This document shows, piece by piece, positions 11,550 to 19,793 of a stretch of DNA of 64,000 nucleotides (its first letter is position 1; each line of letters begins with the position of its first letter). This stretch comes from an uncultured Acidobacteriota bacterium (GTDB lineage Bacteria > Acidobacteriota > Thermoanaerobaculia > Gp7-AA8). The DNA lies in assembly GCA_963822445.1 (NCBI GenBank), contig CAWGHO010000003.1, forward strand, positions 1,376,001-1,440,000, written 5' to 3'. The notes under the pieces were generated by a model. It was not told the origin of the DNA. It was given only the letters and a program-made list of their open reading frames with translations, and searched no databases. Made by a program: the position numbers and the translations under genes.

Positions 11550-13676
11550 TTACTTCTTCACAAACGCGTCAGGCTCGACGGCCGGATTGATCTCCACATT
11601 CGTGATCTTGAACGAGCCGCTCTGTTTTCCGCCGCGGAACTGCGTGGCGCTGGAGGCGATGGTGATCGGGCCGAACTTCGTCCACTCGTGGTAGTCCGTC
11701 ACGATCTCGCCGCCCTGCGGTCCCGCGACCGTGCGGGTGCTGCGGAGGATGCGCCCGTTCGAGGGATCGACGACCCAGCGGACGGAGCCGCTGCCCGGTG
11801 AGATATCGAGCACGCGGCCGGTCACGTCGCCAACCTTTTCCGTTCCACCGGCGCTGAAGACGTACTTCGGATCGTCGGCGTTCTTCAGGATGTGAATCAC
11901 GTCGGAGCGGATGTCGGCCGCGGCCGCGTCACGCTGCGAGCTCGGCAGGTCCTGCGTTCCCATCGGCGTGATGACGAAGGCCGCGTCGGCCGTGATGACC
12001 GAGGTCATCGTGCCCATGGGAAGCTTCATCTCCTGGCGGATGGAAAACGGATACTGCACGAGCGTCGAGTTCTCGGCCTGCATCTCGCCCTGCGGCGTGA
12101 TCATGGTGCGGGCGGACGTCACGCGGATCGCCTTGATGCCGTCGATCATGGCCTTGCCACCCATCGCGTCCATGACCTTGTTCAGCAGCGCTTTGCCTTC
12201 AGCGTTGCTTCCAGCCGGAACCGCGGCCTTCGCAGCCCCGGCATTCGCCTCGGGGATGGTGATGTCGATCGTCGTCACCGGGCCGAGCGTCGAGAGCGGC
12301 TTCTCGAATTTCTTCTCGTTGCCGACGACGAGCACCGCGAGCTGGTTCGGGTTCACGTACTTTTTCGCGACGCGCTGCACATCGTCCGCCGTGACCTTCT
12401 CGATCTGCGACGGGTACTTCACGAAGTAATCGGAAGGGAAGCCGTACAGCTCGAGCAGCACCTGCTGATTGAGGGCCTTGCCGCGCGTGTCCATGGTGAA
12501 GACGTACGCGTTGAGGATCGACTCCTTCGCCAGCGACAGCTCCTCGGCAGTGACCGGCGCGGTGATCAGCTTGTTGGCTTCATCCTTCAGCGCCTGGATC
12601 GATTCGAGCGTCGTTTCGCTCTTCGTGGCCATCTGCATGCGGAACAGGCCGGGGTAATCCCAGTTCGCGCCGACGCCGCCGCCCACGCCGTAGGTCAGGC
12701 CGCGCGCGGAGCGGAGGCTCTGCATCAGCCGGCCGGAGAAACCGCCGCCGAAGATCTCGTTCATGACCACCAGCGGGTAGTAGTCGGGGTTTTCGCGGGT
12801 CGTGCCGCCGTGAACCATGGCGATGTTGCCCTGGGTCACATCTTCCTTGTTGATGTAGTAGATGCCCGGCTTGGCCGTCGCCAGCGGGGCATTCGGCTTG
12901 GTGATCTGCGGACCCTTCGTCCAGGCGCCGAACGTGTCGCGGAGGCGCTTCTCCATCTTCGCGGCGTCGAAATCGCCGATGAACGAAATGATGATGTTGT
13001 TCGGATGAACGGTCTTGCGGTGGAACGCGATCAGGTCATCGCGGGTGATCGACGCGATCGTCGCGTACTCGGCCTGTTGCGCGTATGGCGAACTGGCGCC
13101 GTAGCCGAGCTTCGTCGACTCGCGTCCCAGGATGCCGCCCGGCTCGTCGTTGCGGCGGGAGATGCCGGTGTTCGCCTGCGTCTTGGCGAGGTCGATCTTC
13201 TCCTGGCGGAACGCGGGGTTGCGCAGGACGTCGACCCAGATCGGATAGACCGTGTCCAGATCGCCTTTGAGGATGTCCATCGACACGGAGGTGATGTCGA
13301 CGCCGCCGCCGGTCTCGACGCGCGCCGCGCGAGCCTCGAGCATCTCGTCGAGCTCATCGCCGGTCTTGGCAGCCGTGCCGCCGGTTCTCCAGGCGGAGGT
13401 GTAGATGCCGAGGAGGCCGGCCTTGTCGGACGGGACGTCGCGCGAGCCGCCGCGAATCGTGGCCGTGCCGCGGATCAGAGGCAGCTCTTTGTCTTCCTGA
13501 AGAAAGATGACCAACCCGTTCGGAAGCGCGATGCGCTTCGGCTGGGGGATGGAGAAGCTGCGCATCGGCGGGGTCTTGATGTCCTTCACGCTCGTGACCT
13601 GTCCCAGCGCCGCGCCGGTGGTCATGAGAACCGCGAGAGTCGTCGTAGCAAAGCGTTTCATTTCGCACCTGATCAT
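11550..13676 (-). CDS. M16 (pitrilysin-family) non-catalytic subunit with extra C-terminal domain; start could be 13661
   Basis: Signal peptide, 'LPNGL', 'NEIFGGGFSGRL..LRSARGLTY'; no HxxEH. Confidence 0.88.
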   Translation of the reverse strand: MIRCEMKRFATTTLAVLMTTGAALGQVTSVKDIKTPPMRSFSIPQPKRIALPNGLVIFLQEDKELPLIRGTATIRGGSRDVPSDKAGLLGIYTSAWRTGGTAAKTGDELDEMLEARAARVETGGGVDITSVSMDILKGDLDTVYPIWVDVLRNPAFRQEKIDLAKTQANTGISRRNDEPGGILGRESTKLGYGASSPYAQQAEYATIASITRDDLIAFHRKTVHPNNIIISFIGDFDAAKMEKRLRDTFGAWTKGPQITKPNAPLATAKPGIYYINKEDVTQGNIAMVHGGTTRENPDYYPLVVMNEIFGGGFSGRLMQSLRSARGLTYGVGGGVGANWDYPGLFRMQMATKSETTLESIQALKDEANKLITAPVTAEELSLAKESILNAYVFTMDTRGKALNQQVLLELYGFPSDYFVKYPSQIEKVTADDVQRVAKKYVNPNQLAVLVVGNEKKFEKPLSTLGPVTTIDITIPEANAGAAKAAVPAGSNAEGKALLNKVMDAMGGKAMIDGIKAIRVTSARTMITPQGEMQAENSTLVQYPFSIRQEMKLPMGTMTSVITADAAFVITPMGTQDLPSSQRDAAAADIRSDVIHILKNADDPKYVFSAGGTEKVGDVTGRVLDISPGSGSVRWVVDPSNGRILRSTRTVAGPQGGEIVTDYHEWTKFGPITIASSATQFRGGKQSGSFKITNVEINPAVEPDAFVKK

Positions 13677-15196
13677 TTGGCACCACCCTTCGGTGCCGCG
13701 TCGGCCCGTTCGATGCGGCCGATGGTCCGGTTGTTCGGGGTGAACGTCGCGTTGGCGACGCGACGGATGTCCGCCGCGGTCACTTTGTCGATCGCGTCGA
13801 CTTCGCGGAACAGCTCGCGCCAGTCGCCGTACAGGGTCTGATAGCTGGCGAGCTGCGTCGCCAGACCGGAGTTGCTGTCGAGGCGGCGGATCAGCCCGGC
13901 CTTGACGCGTGCTTTCACCGAGGCCAGTTCGTCGGCGGGAACGTCTTCATTCTTGAGCCGCTCCAGCTCCGCGTGGATGGCTTCCGCCGATTCATCGTTC
14001 GTGTGTCCCGGCGTGGGGACGGCCAGCAATGCGAAGAGGTTCGGGTACTTCTCGCCGGGGAAACCGTTGAAGCCCGACGCCTGCGCGGCGATCTTCTTGT
14101 CGCGAACGAGGAGCTTGTACAGCCGCGACGTGCGGCCGCTGGAGAGCAGCATGGCGATCACGTCGTAGGTAGCGCTGTCGGCGTGAAGGGCGGAAGGGCG
14201 ATGGTAGCCCTCGAGATAGATCGGCTGGGCGGTCTCGCGAAGGGTGACCGAGCGCTCGCCGCGCTGCGGCGGCTCGACGACGGCCAGCACTTCCGGCTGG
14301 GGAGCCTTGGGCAGACGTCCGAAGTACTTGTCGATCACCGGCCAGGCCTCGGCCGGATTCACGTCGCCGACGATGGCGATGACCATGTTCGACGGCACGT
14401 AGTACTTCGTGAAGAACTCATCCGCGTCCTGCGCGGAGAAGCTGGAGAGATCCGAAGGCCAGCCCACCGTGGCGAAGCCGTAGGGATGGGCGATGAACGC
14501 GGTGCCGAGGAACTCCTCGATGAGGCGGCCGACCGGGCTGCTCTCGGTGCGCATCCGGCGCTCTTCCGTCACCACGTCGCGTTCCTTGTAGAACTCGCGG
14601 AAGACCGGCTGGCGGAAGCGCTCCGACTCGACGAAGGCCCAGAGCTCGAAGCGGTTCGAGGGGAGGGAGAAGAAGTAGCCGGTCACGTCGGAGCTGGTGA
14701 AGGCGTTCATGCCCACGCCGCCGGCGCGGTCGATGATCGTGGAGAACTCGTTGTTGACCACGAACTTGTCCGCCGCGGCGATGCTGTCCTTCCAGGCCTT
14801 TTCGAGCTCGGCGATCTTCTTCTCGTCGCGGCCCGTCTCGGCGCGGCGCGCGGCGTCGTAGGCGGAGTAGGCCTCTTCGACGCGCTTGAGGGCGGCCTGC
14901 TCGGCGGGCCAGTCGGTCGTGCCGAGGCGGTCCGAGCCCTTGAAGGCCATGTGCTCGAACATGTGGGCGAGGCCGGTGATCCCGGGGGTTTCCTGGGCGG
15001 AACCGGCGTTGATGAATGTCGCGTACGAGAAGACGGGGGCGTCGTGGCGCTCGGTGATGATCACCGTGAGCCCGTTGGCGAGCTTGCGCATCGACGTCCG
15101 CTTCTCGAACGAGGCCAGGTCCTGCGCACTGATCGTGGCCGCGAAGGTCACGAGGATGAGGGCGAGGACAGGCAGTCTGAGGCGAGGTGCTCTCAT
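13673..15196 (-). CDS. M16 zinc metallopeptidase, catalytic subunit
   Basis: SD aggagg before MRAPRLR; signal peptide; 'GLAHMFEHMAFKG', 'NAFTS', 'ERDVVTEERR'. Confidence 0.93.
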   Translation of the reverse strand: MRAPRLRLPVLALILVTFAATISAQDLASFEKRTSMRKLANGLTVIITERHDAPVFSYATFINAGSAQETPGITGLAHMFEHMAFKGSDRLGTTDWPAEQAALKRVEEAYSAYDAARRAETGRDEKKIAELEKAWKDSIAAADKFVVNNEFSTIIDRAGGVGMNAFTSSDVTGYFFSLPSNRFELWAFVESERFRQPVFREFYKERDVVTEERRMRTESSPVGRLIEEFLGTAFIAHPYGFATVGWPSDLSSFSAQDADEFFTKYYVPSNMVIAIVGDVNPAEAWPVIDKYFGRLPKAPQPEVLAVVEPPQRGERSVTLRETAQPIYLEGYHRPSALHADSATYDVIAMLLSSGRTSRLYKLLVRDKKIAAQASGFNGFPGEKYPNLFALLAVPTPGHTNDESAEAIHAELERLKNEDVPADELASVKARVKAGLIRRLDSNSGLATQLASYQTLYGDWRELFREVDAIDKVTAADIRRVANATFTPNNRTIGRIERADAAPKGGAK

Positions 15197-15287
15197 GGAC
15201 TTCCTCCTGTTTAAGTGGTTGGTACTGCTTGAATGCGCGAATGGCGCGGGGCGGTATTGTATGTCGCCGAGAGTACGGAGGTGGAAA

Positions 15288-15455
15288 GTGGGGAAACGAG
15301 CTCTTCTGGTTCTGGCGATCATCGCGGTAATCCTCTGGATCGTCCAGAAAACGCCGATGGCCTTCCTCCCCGAGGACGGCATGGACTTCGTCGGCGGCGC
15401 GGCCATCGGACTCTGGATCGGGGTGGTGGTGAACTGGTTCGCGGGTCGGGAGTAG
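15288..15455 (+). CDS. Small 2-TM membrane protein (55 aa)
   Basis: GTG start after ggaggt SD; MGKRALLVLAIIAVILWIV...GAAIGLWIGVVVNWFAGRE. Confidence 0.65.
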   Translation: MGKRALLVLAIIAVILWIVQKTPMAFLPEDGMDFVGGAAIGLWIGVVVNWFAGRE

Positions 15456-15466
15456 GGGCGTCCGAC

Positions 15467-15501
15467 TCTGGACTGCGGCGGCTGTGCCACCGCAGTCCAG
15501 A
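15467..15501. repeat. Single REP-like hairpin
   Basis: tctggactgcggcggctgtgccaccgcagtccaga. Confidence 0.75.
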
Positions 15502-15561
15502 AATGACGTAACCATTCGCACGCCGCCCGAGTCGTAAGACAAAAATCTGCGAGGTGTCTGA

Positions 15562-16134
15562 ATGCGCCGTCTAGCCGTGCTGGTGTGTCTCGTGGTCGCG
15601 ATGCCGCTCGTTTCCCAGGAGCGGGAGCGTCGCATCCAAAGGTTCCCTCCGGACTGGGGCGTCGCTCTGCCGCAGTACGAAAAGCGGGTGCAGATGCTCA
15701 CTGCGGGCATCAAGCGCGACGCCTTCATCATCAGCCGGGTCACCCTGGCCGTCGGCGATCTGTCCGACGACTTTCAAAAGCTGTCCGCGATTCAGAAAGC
15801 ATTCGACCGAATCGAGGAAGCCACACTGCGCGCCGGACAGGACCCGCAGGCGAGCATGCGAACGCTGACCGCACTCAAGAAAATGACGGACAAGCTCGAC
15901 GACGGCCGCCGCCAGGGCACGATGGCCGACCTGGCCGATCTGCAACGATTCATCTCCCACCAGGGGTCGGGCATCCAGCGCGAGCTGTTCCAGCAACTCT
16001 CCGATGCCCGCGGCGAACGGCAGAACCTGGTCGACCTCCTCAACCGCGTGCAGATCATGAACGCCGATCTGGAAGCGGCGATGGTCGAAGCACTCGGATC
16101 CACCTTTGATTACATGGCCTCGGGAGGGAAGTGA
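15562..16134 (+). CDS. Hypothetical exported alpha-helical/coiled-coil protein
   Basis: SD gaggtg, signal peptide MRRLAVLVCLVVAMPLVS, helical heptad character. Confidence 0.7.
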   Translation: MRRLAVLVCLVVAMPLVSQERERRIQRFPPDWGVALPQYEKRVQMLTAGIKRDAFIISRVTLAVGDLSDDFQKLSAIQKAFDRIEEATLRAGQDPQASMRTLTALKKMTDKLDDGRRQGTMADLADLQRFISHQGSGIQRELFQQLSDARGERQNLVDLLNRVQIMNADLEAAMVEALGSTFDYMASGGK

Positions 16135-16146
16135 GAGCAGGCATCC

Positions 16147-16175
16147 TTGACGCCTCGCACGGCCGAACATATCTT
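16147..16175 (+). promoter_or_regulatory. Putative sigma70 promoter
   Basis: TTGACG-17 nt-TATCTT upstream of aaggagg SD and ATG 16192. Confidence 0.55.
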
Positions 16176-16191
16176 ACGGCAAGGAGGCGTT

Positions 16192-16539
16192 ATGGAAATC
16201 AGCCGAACGCGAGTATTGGCCGCAGCACTTTGCGCGATCCTCATGGCCCTGCCGACCAGTGCCGGCCCATGTAACCTGGAGACCGTCGACTACCAGTATT
16301 ACGACGGATGCACGAATCCCACGCTCATCGGGAACAATGGAGTCGGCTGCGACAAGGTTCCGTACTCTTATGGGACGAGCAGCGGCGCCGAGTGGCGCAT
16401 CATCGAACGATATGACTGTGAGCAAATCTGGCCGTGCGACGAGATTACGGAGAGCTTTACGATCGAATATCAGGCGTGGTGTGGCTCGAGCTGGGTGACG
16501 GTATCGGCCGAGGACTTCGGTACGGGATGCGCCTGCTAG
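16192..16539 (+). CDS. Small secreted Cys-rich protein (8 Cys in mature part)
   Basis: SD aaggagg, signal peptide ending ..PTSA, C-terminal GCAC. Confidence 0.75.
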   Translation: MEISRTRVLAAALCAILMALPTSAGPCNLETVDYQYYDGCTNPTLIGNNGVGCDKVPYSYGTSSGAEWRIIERYDCEQIWPCDEITESFTIEYQAWCGSSWVTVSAEDFGTGCAC

Positions 16540-16620
16540 CCGAACCCTCCGATTTCTGGCATTCCGGCAACTGACGCCGGCGCCATGTGGCCCGTGGGGG
16601 TAAGATTCCTCCACATCCTC

Positions 16621-17505
16621 ATGAAGAACAGGGTCGTCATCGCGCTCGCGATTCTGCTCGTCTGCATGCCCTCCGCGATGCTGGCGCAGGAAGAGGAGCC
16701 GCCGGCCCCGCGCGAGTTCTCGCTGATCGGCGGACTGTTCGCGTACGGATTCCTGCTGCAGATCGCGGCACTGATTCACTGGTCGCGCAAGCGGCCGGCC
16801 ATGTTCTGGATCTGGATCATCATCATCGGCGGATTCATCGGTGCGCTCGCTTATTTTCTGATTGAGGGCATGCCGGATTTTCAGAGCATCGGGCGGAGGC
16901 TGCAGGGGCCCGGGAGGCGGAGGAGAATCCGGATGCTCCGGGCCCTGGTGCTCGACAATCCGTCGGCCGGAAACTTCGAAGAGCTGGGCGAATTGCTCCT
17001 GCTCGAGAAGCGCTACGGGGAAGCGCGGGACGCGTACGACCGCGCGCTGGCGGTGCGAACCGATTCGATCGACCCGTTCTACCGCCGCGCACAGGCACTC
17101 TTCCAGCTTCGCGACTACGAGGCGGCCGCGCGAGATCTCAGGCACGTCACAACTGTCGATCCGAGATACGACTATTCCGGCGCGTTCTGTCTGTACGCAC
17201 GAACGCTTGGTCTGATGAACAGGACGGCCGAGGCATTGGCGGCCTTCGATGAGCTCATCGAGCGCTCCCACTCAGCCGAGACACTGTACGAGGCGGCGAA
17301 GTTCTACGCCGACAACGGCCGTGAGCCGGCCGCACGCGAGATCGTGGAGCGCATCGTGGCCCGCGAGATGACCATGCCTCTCTATCAGAAGCGCCGCGAC
17401 CGTGTCTGGTTGCGAAAGGCAAAAGCCCTCGGCCGTAAATTGCGTAAGAGCGCCGCTGCTGCCGAGGCATCCGGCGTTCGCGACCGTCGGCTCTCGTCCG
17501 GCTGA
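16621..17505 (+). CDS. Membrane-anchored tetratricopeptide-repeat protein
   Basis: Signal/TM segments 'WIWIIIIGGFIGALAYF' followed by TPR-like helices. Confidence 0.8.
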   Translation: MKNRVVIALAILLVCMPSAMLAQEEEPPAPREFSLIGGLFAYGFLLQIAALIHWSRKRPAMFWIWIIIIGGFIGALAYFLIEGMPDFQSIGRRLQGPGRRRRIRMLRALVLDNPSAGNFEELGELLLLEKRYGEARDAYDRALAVRTDSIDPFYRRAQALFQLRDYEAAARDLRHVTTVDPRYDYSGAFCLYARTLGLMNRTAEALAAFDELIERSHSAETLYEAAKFYADNGREPAAREIVERIVAREMTMPLYQKRRDRVWLRKAKALGRKLRKSAAAAEASGVRDRRLSSG

Positions 17506-17507
17506 CG

Positions 17508-17918
17508 TTACGCGTGACGAAACCAGCGATTCGAGTCCGGACGAAACACGAAGAACAGCCCTGCCGCGTTTAGGACCATCTGGAGCAGCGAAAGCGTGGC
17601 ACGGGCGGGGTCGACGACGATTTCAGCGCGCACGATGGGAATCGAAACCAGCAGGCCCACCGCCATCAAAACCGCGAACATGATTCGACCCCAGTTCTTG
17701 CCGGTGATGATCGAGGACAGGAATCCGACGGTCATGACGGTACCGAGCGCGAGCGAGACCGGCGAAGAGAGCCCTTCCGATGGAACCGACGTCACGCCGG
17801 CGCGCTGCAGCGCGAATTCGACGATTCGGATGATGAGGGCCGCGGCGAACAAGGCCACCGCAACCTTGACGTCCCGGGGTGCGCCTGGAGATGCCACTAC
17901 GGAGGTCGAAGCAGACAT
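17508..17918 (-). CDS. Hypothetical 4-TM membrane protein
   Basis: SD aaggag; 'GKNWGR' loop and 'SNRWF' end; four hydrophobic segments. Confidence 0.75.
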   Translation of the reverse strand: MSASTSVVASPGAPRDVKVAVALFAAALIIRIVEFALQRAGVTSVPSEGLSSPVSLALGTVMTVGFLSSIITGKNWGRIMFAVLMAVGLLVSIPIVRAEIVVDPARATLSLLQMVLNAAGLFFVFRPDSNRWFRHA

Positions 17919-17989
17919 ACACGCTCCTTTCAGTCTTTGAACGAAGCGCCCGCAGTGAGGTTTCAGCGGAAGCCGCCGCCGATGACCAG

Positions 17990-19303
17990 CTAGCCGCGGC
18001 GCGCGCGAAGCATCGCCGTAAGACTTGCGTGCACATCGGTCATCCGGCGCGGACGTTCCGCTACGTCCTCCGAGATCATGCTGAACACGAGGCTCCGAAG
18101 ATCATCCGACACGCGTGTGTTCTGCATGAAACCGAAAACGGTGTTGCGTCGCGGCCCGGCGAACAAGTGCGTCAACGTGATCCCCAGCCCATACACGTCA
18201 GTGGCCTGCGTTACGACGCCATGACGTTCCTGTTCCGGGGCCATGAATCCGGGCGTACCGCATGCGGCCGTGGAAGGGACAGGCTCGATGACCTGGGACG
18301 GCACTATGCGAGGGTCGATCAGCCGCTGAACGTCGACCTGGAGAAAGTCGATCACGCTGGGAGAACCGCGTTCGTCCACCAGAATGTTCGCGGGCTTGAG
18401 ATCCCCATGAAGAACTCCCTGCACTTGAAACCCGAATTCATCGATGTAAGTGGTCGCGTGGCACGTGGCGAGAGCGTCTGACAAGGCGAAGGCAACCTCG
18501 AGCCTCGCGATATGAGCTTGCTCGTCATCCCCGACCGTTGCCGACCAGTCGTCGAGCCGCCGTCCCTCCACGAAATCGGTGACCATGAAAGCGGTCCGCA
18601 GGCCGTCTATGTCGCAATACCCGCTATCGAGCAGAGTTGCGACGTTGGGATGACGCACCGCCTTGACGGCCCGAAATCCCCGTTCGAACAGGCCGATGAG
18701 GTGTCGATACCCTTGTTTGAGCGGAAAGAACAATTTGAATGCCAGGGATCGGCGCTGTTGCGGATGCGTTGCGACGTACACGCTTCCACTTCCACCGCTT
18801 CCGACGAGATCAGACAAGCCATAGCCATTGATGACCGTTCCGACGAGACGCTTCGGACTATCGAACGGCCCGACGGAAGCGACAGGCGTAACGTCGCCGC
18901 CAACCGCTCGCAGAATCTCCCGAACTACCACCGAGACACCATCAGACGTCGAGATCGCGAACCGGTCGGCCAGCAACGGCGCTTTGCGCAGCAGGGTTTC
19001 GTAGTCGAGGTCATGCAGGATCGGAAGGATGCGCTTTCCGTGTGTCATTTCCAGCGCCAGGATGGCCTCGAGCTCGCGTTGTGGCCATTCCTTCCCGAGA
19101 AATGCCGGACTGAGAATGACGACTCCAAAGCGCGCGTTCAGAAGGCCGTCCTCGATCCTGCGCCGAAGGCTGTCCCCGAGTCTCAGCTCCTCACGATCGA
19201 TCCAGACCTTCAGGCCCGCGGCAGCCAGGCCCTCCGCGACAGGCAGTGCGATCGACGACTTGTCTTCGCGCGCATGGCTCACAAACACGTCCCAAGTCGT
19301 CAT
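17990..19303 (-). CDS. TIR domain - Ser/Thr protein kinase fusion
   Basis: TIR 'WDVFVSHAREDK..VWID..GVVILSPAFLGKEWPQREL'; kinase 'GSGGSGSVY', 'AFKLF', 'HGDLKPANIL', 'DFL', 'GTPGFMAPE', 'DVYGLG'. Confidence 0.9.
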   Translation of the reverse strand: MTTWDVFVSHAREDKSSIALPVAEGLAAAGLKVWIDREELRLGDSLRRRIEDGLLNARFGVVILSPAFLGKEWPQRELEAILALEMTHGKRILPILHDLDYETLLRKAPLLADRFAISTSDGVSVVVREILRAVGGDVTPVASVGPFDSPKRLVGTVINGYGLSDLVGSGGSGSVYVATHPQQRRSLAFKLFFPLKQGYRHLIGLFERGFRAVKAVRHPNVATLLDSGYCDIDGLRTAFMVTDFVEGRRLDDWSATVGDDEQAHIARLEVAFALSDALATCHATTYIDEFGFQVQGVLHGDLKPANILVDERGSPSVIDFLQVDVQRLIDPRIVPSQVIEPVPSTAACGTPGFMAPEQERHGVVTQATDVYGLGITLTHLFAGPRRNTVFGFMQNTRVSDDLRSLVFSMISEDVAERPRRMTDVHASLTAMLRARRG

Positions 19304-19428
19304 GCGCTCACCATACACCCGGCGCGATTGCGCGTTTTGCCACTATGGACCGCGCCTCCACCCAAAGAGAGCATTCGCGGTCCATACAGTGACGTTCGCA
19401 GCAACTCAGTAACTCAGCGGCCCGGCAA

Positions 19429-19779
19429 TTACAAAATCACCACCGTACAGTGATCCGGAATCTGAATCCCGCCCGCATCCGTCAGCGTCTCGTCGATCCC
19501 CACTGAACCATCGATCGCCGTTCCCACGTGGCGGATCAGGGTGATGTCGAACTGCACGTCCGTGTTCTCCGGTCCCACCTCGTGCATGAAGGTGATGCTC
19601 TTCGAGGGCGTGCCGCTCGGCAGTTGAAACCAGATGTCGTGGCCGCCGGCCAGGCGGAACTCGCACACGACCTGCTCCACCTGCTGGTCCGAGATCATGG
19701 TCTGCTTCAGGTCGACGTTCCCGGGCACGCTCGTCTTGCGCGGCTTGGGCTCGAGATTCTTCACGATGCCGATGGCCAT
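19429..19779 (-). CDS. Hypothetical protein (116 aa, beta-rich)
   Basis: SD gaggag, typical codon usage, directly after 19794-21497. Confidence 0.7.
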   Translation of the reverse strand: MAIGIVKNLEPKPRKTSVPGNVDLKQTMISDQQVEQVVCEFRLAGGHDIWFQLPSGTPSKSITFMHEVGPENTDVQFDITLIRHVGTAIDGSVGIDETLTDAGGIQIPDHCTVVIL

Positions 19780-19793
19780 CTGATTCTCCTCAG

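Noticed and set aside
19344-19386. 11-bp inverted repeat (tatggaccgcg ... cgcggtccata) upstream of the TIR-kinase
   Set aside because: Single short repeat with a 21-nt spacer; cannot distinguish operator, terminator or chance.
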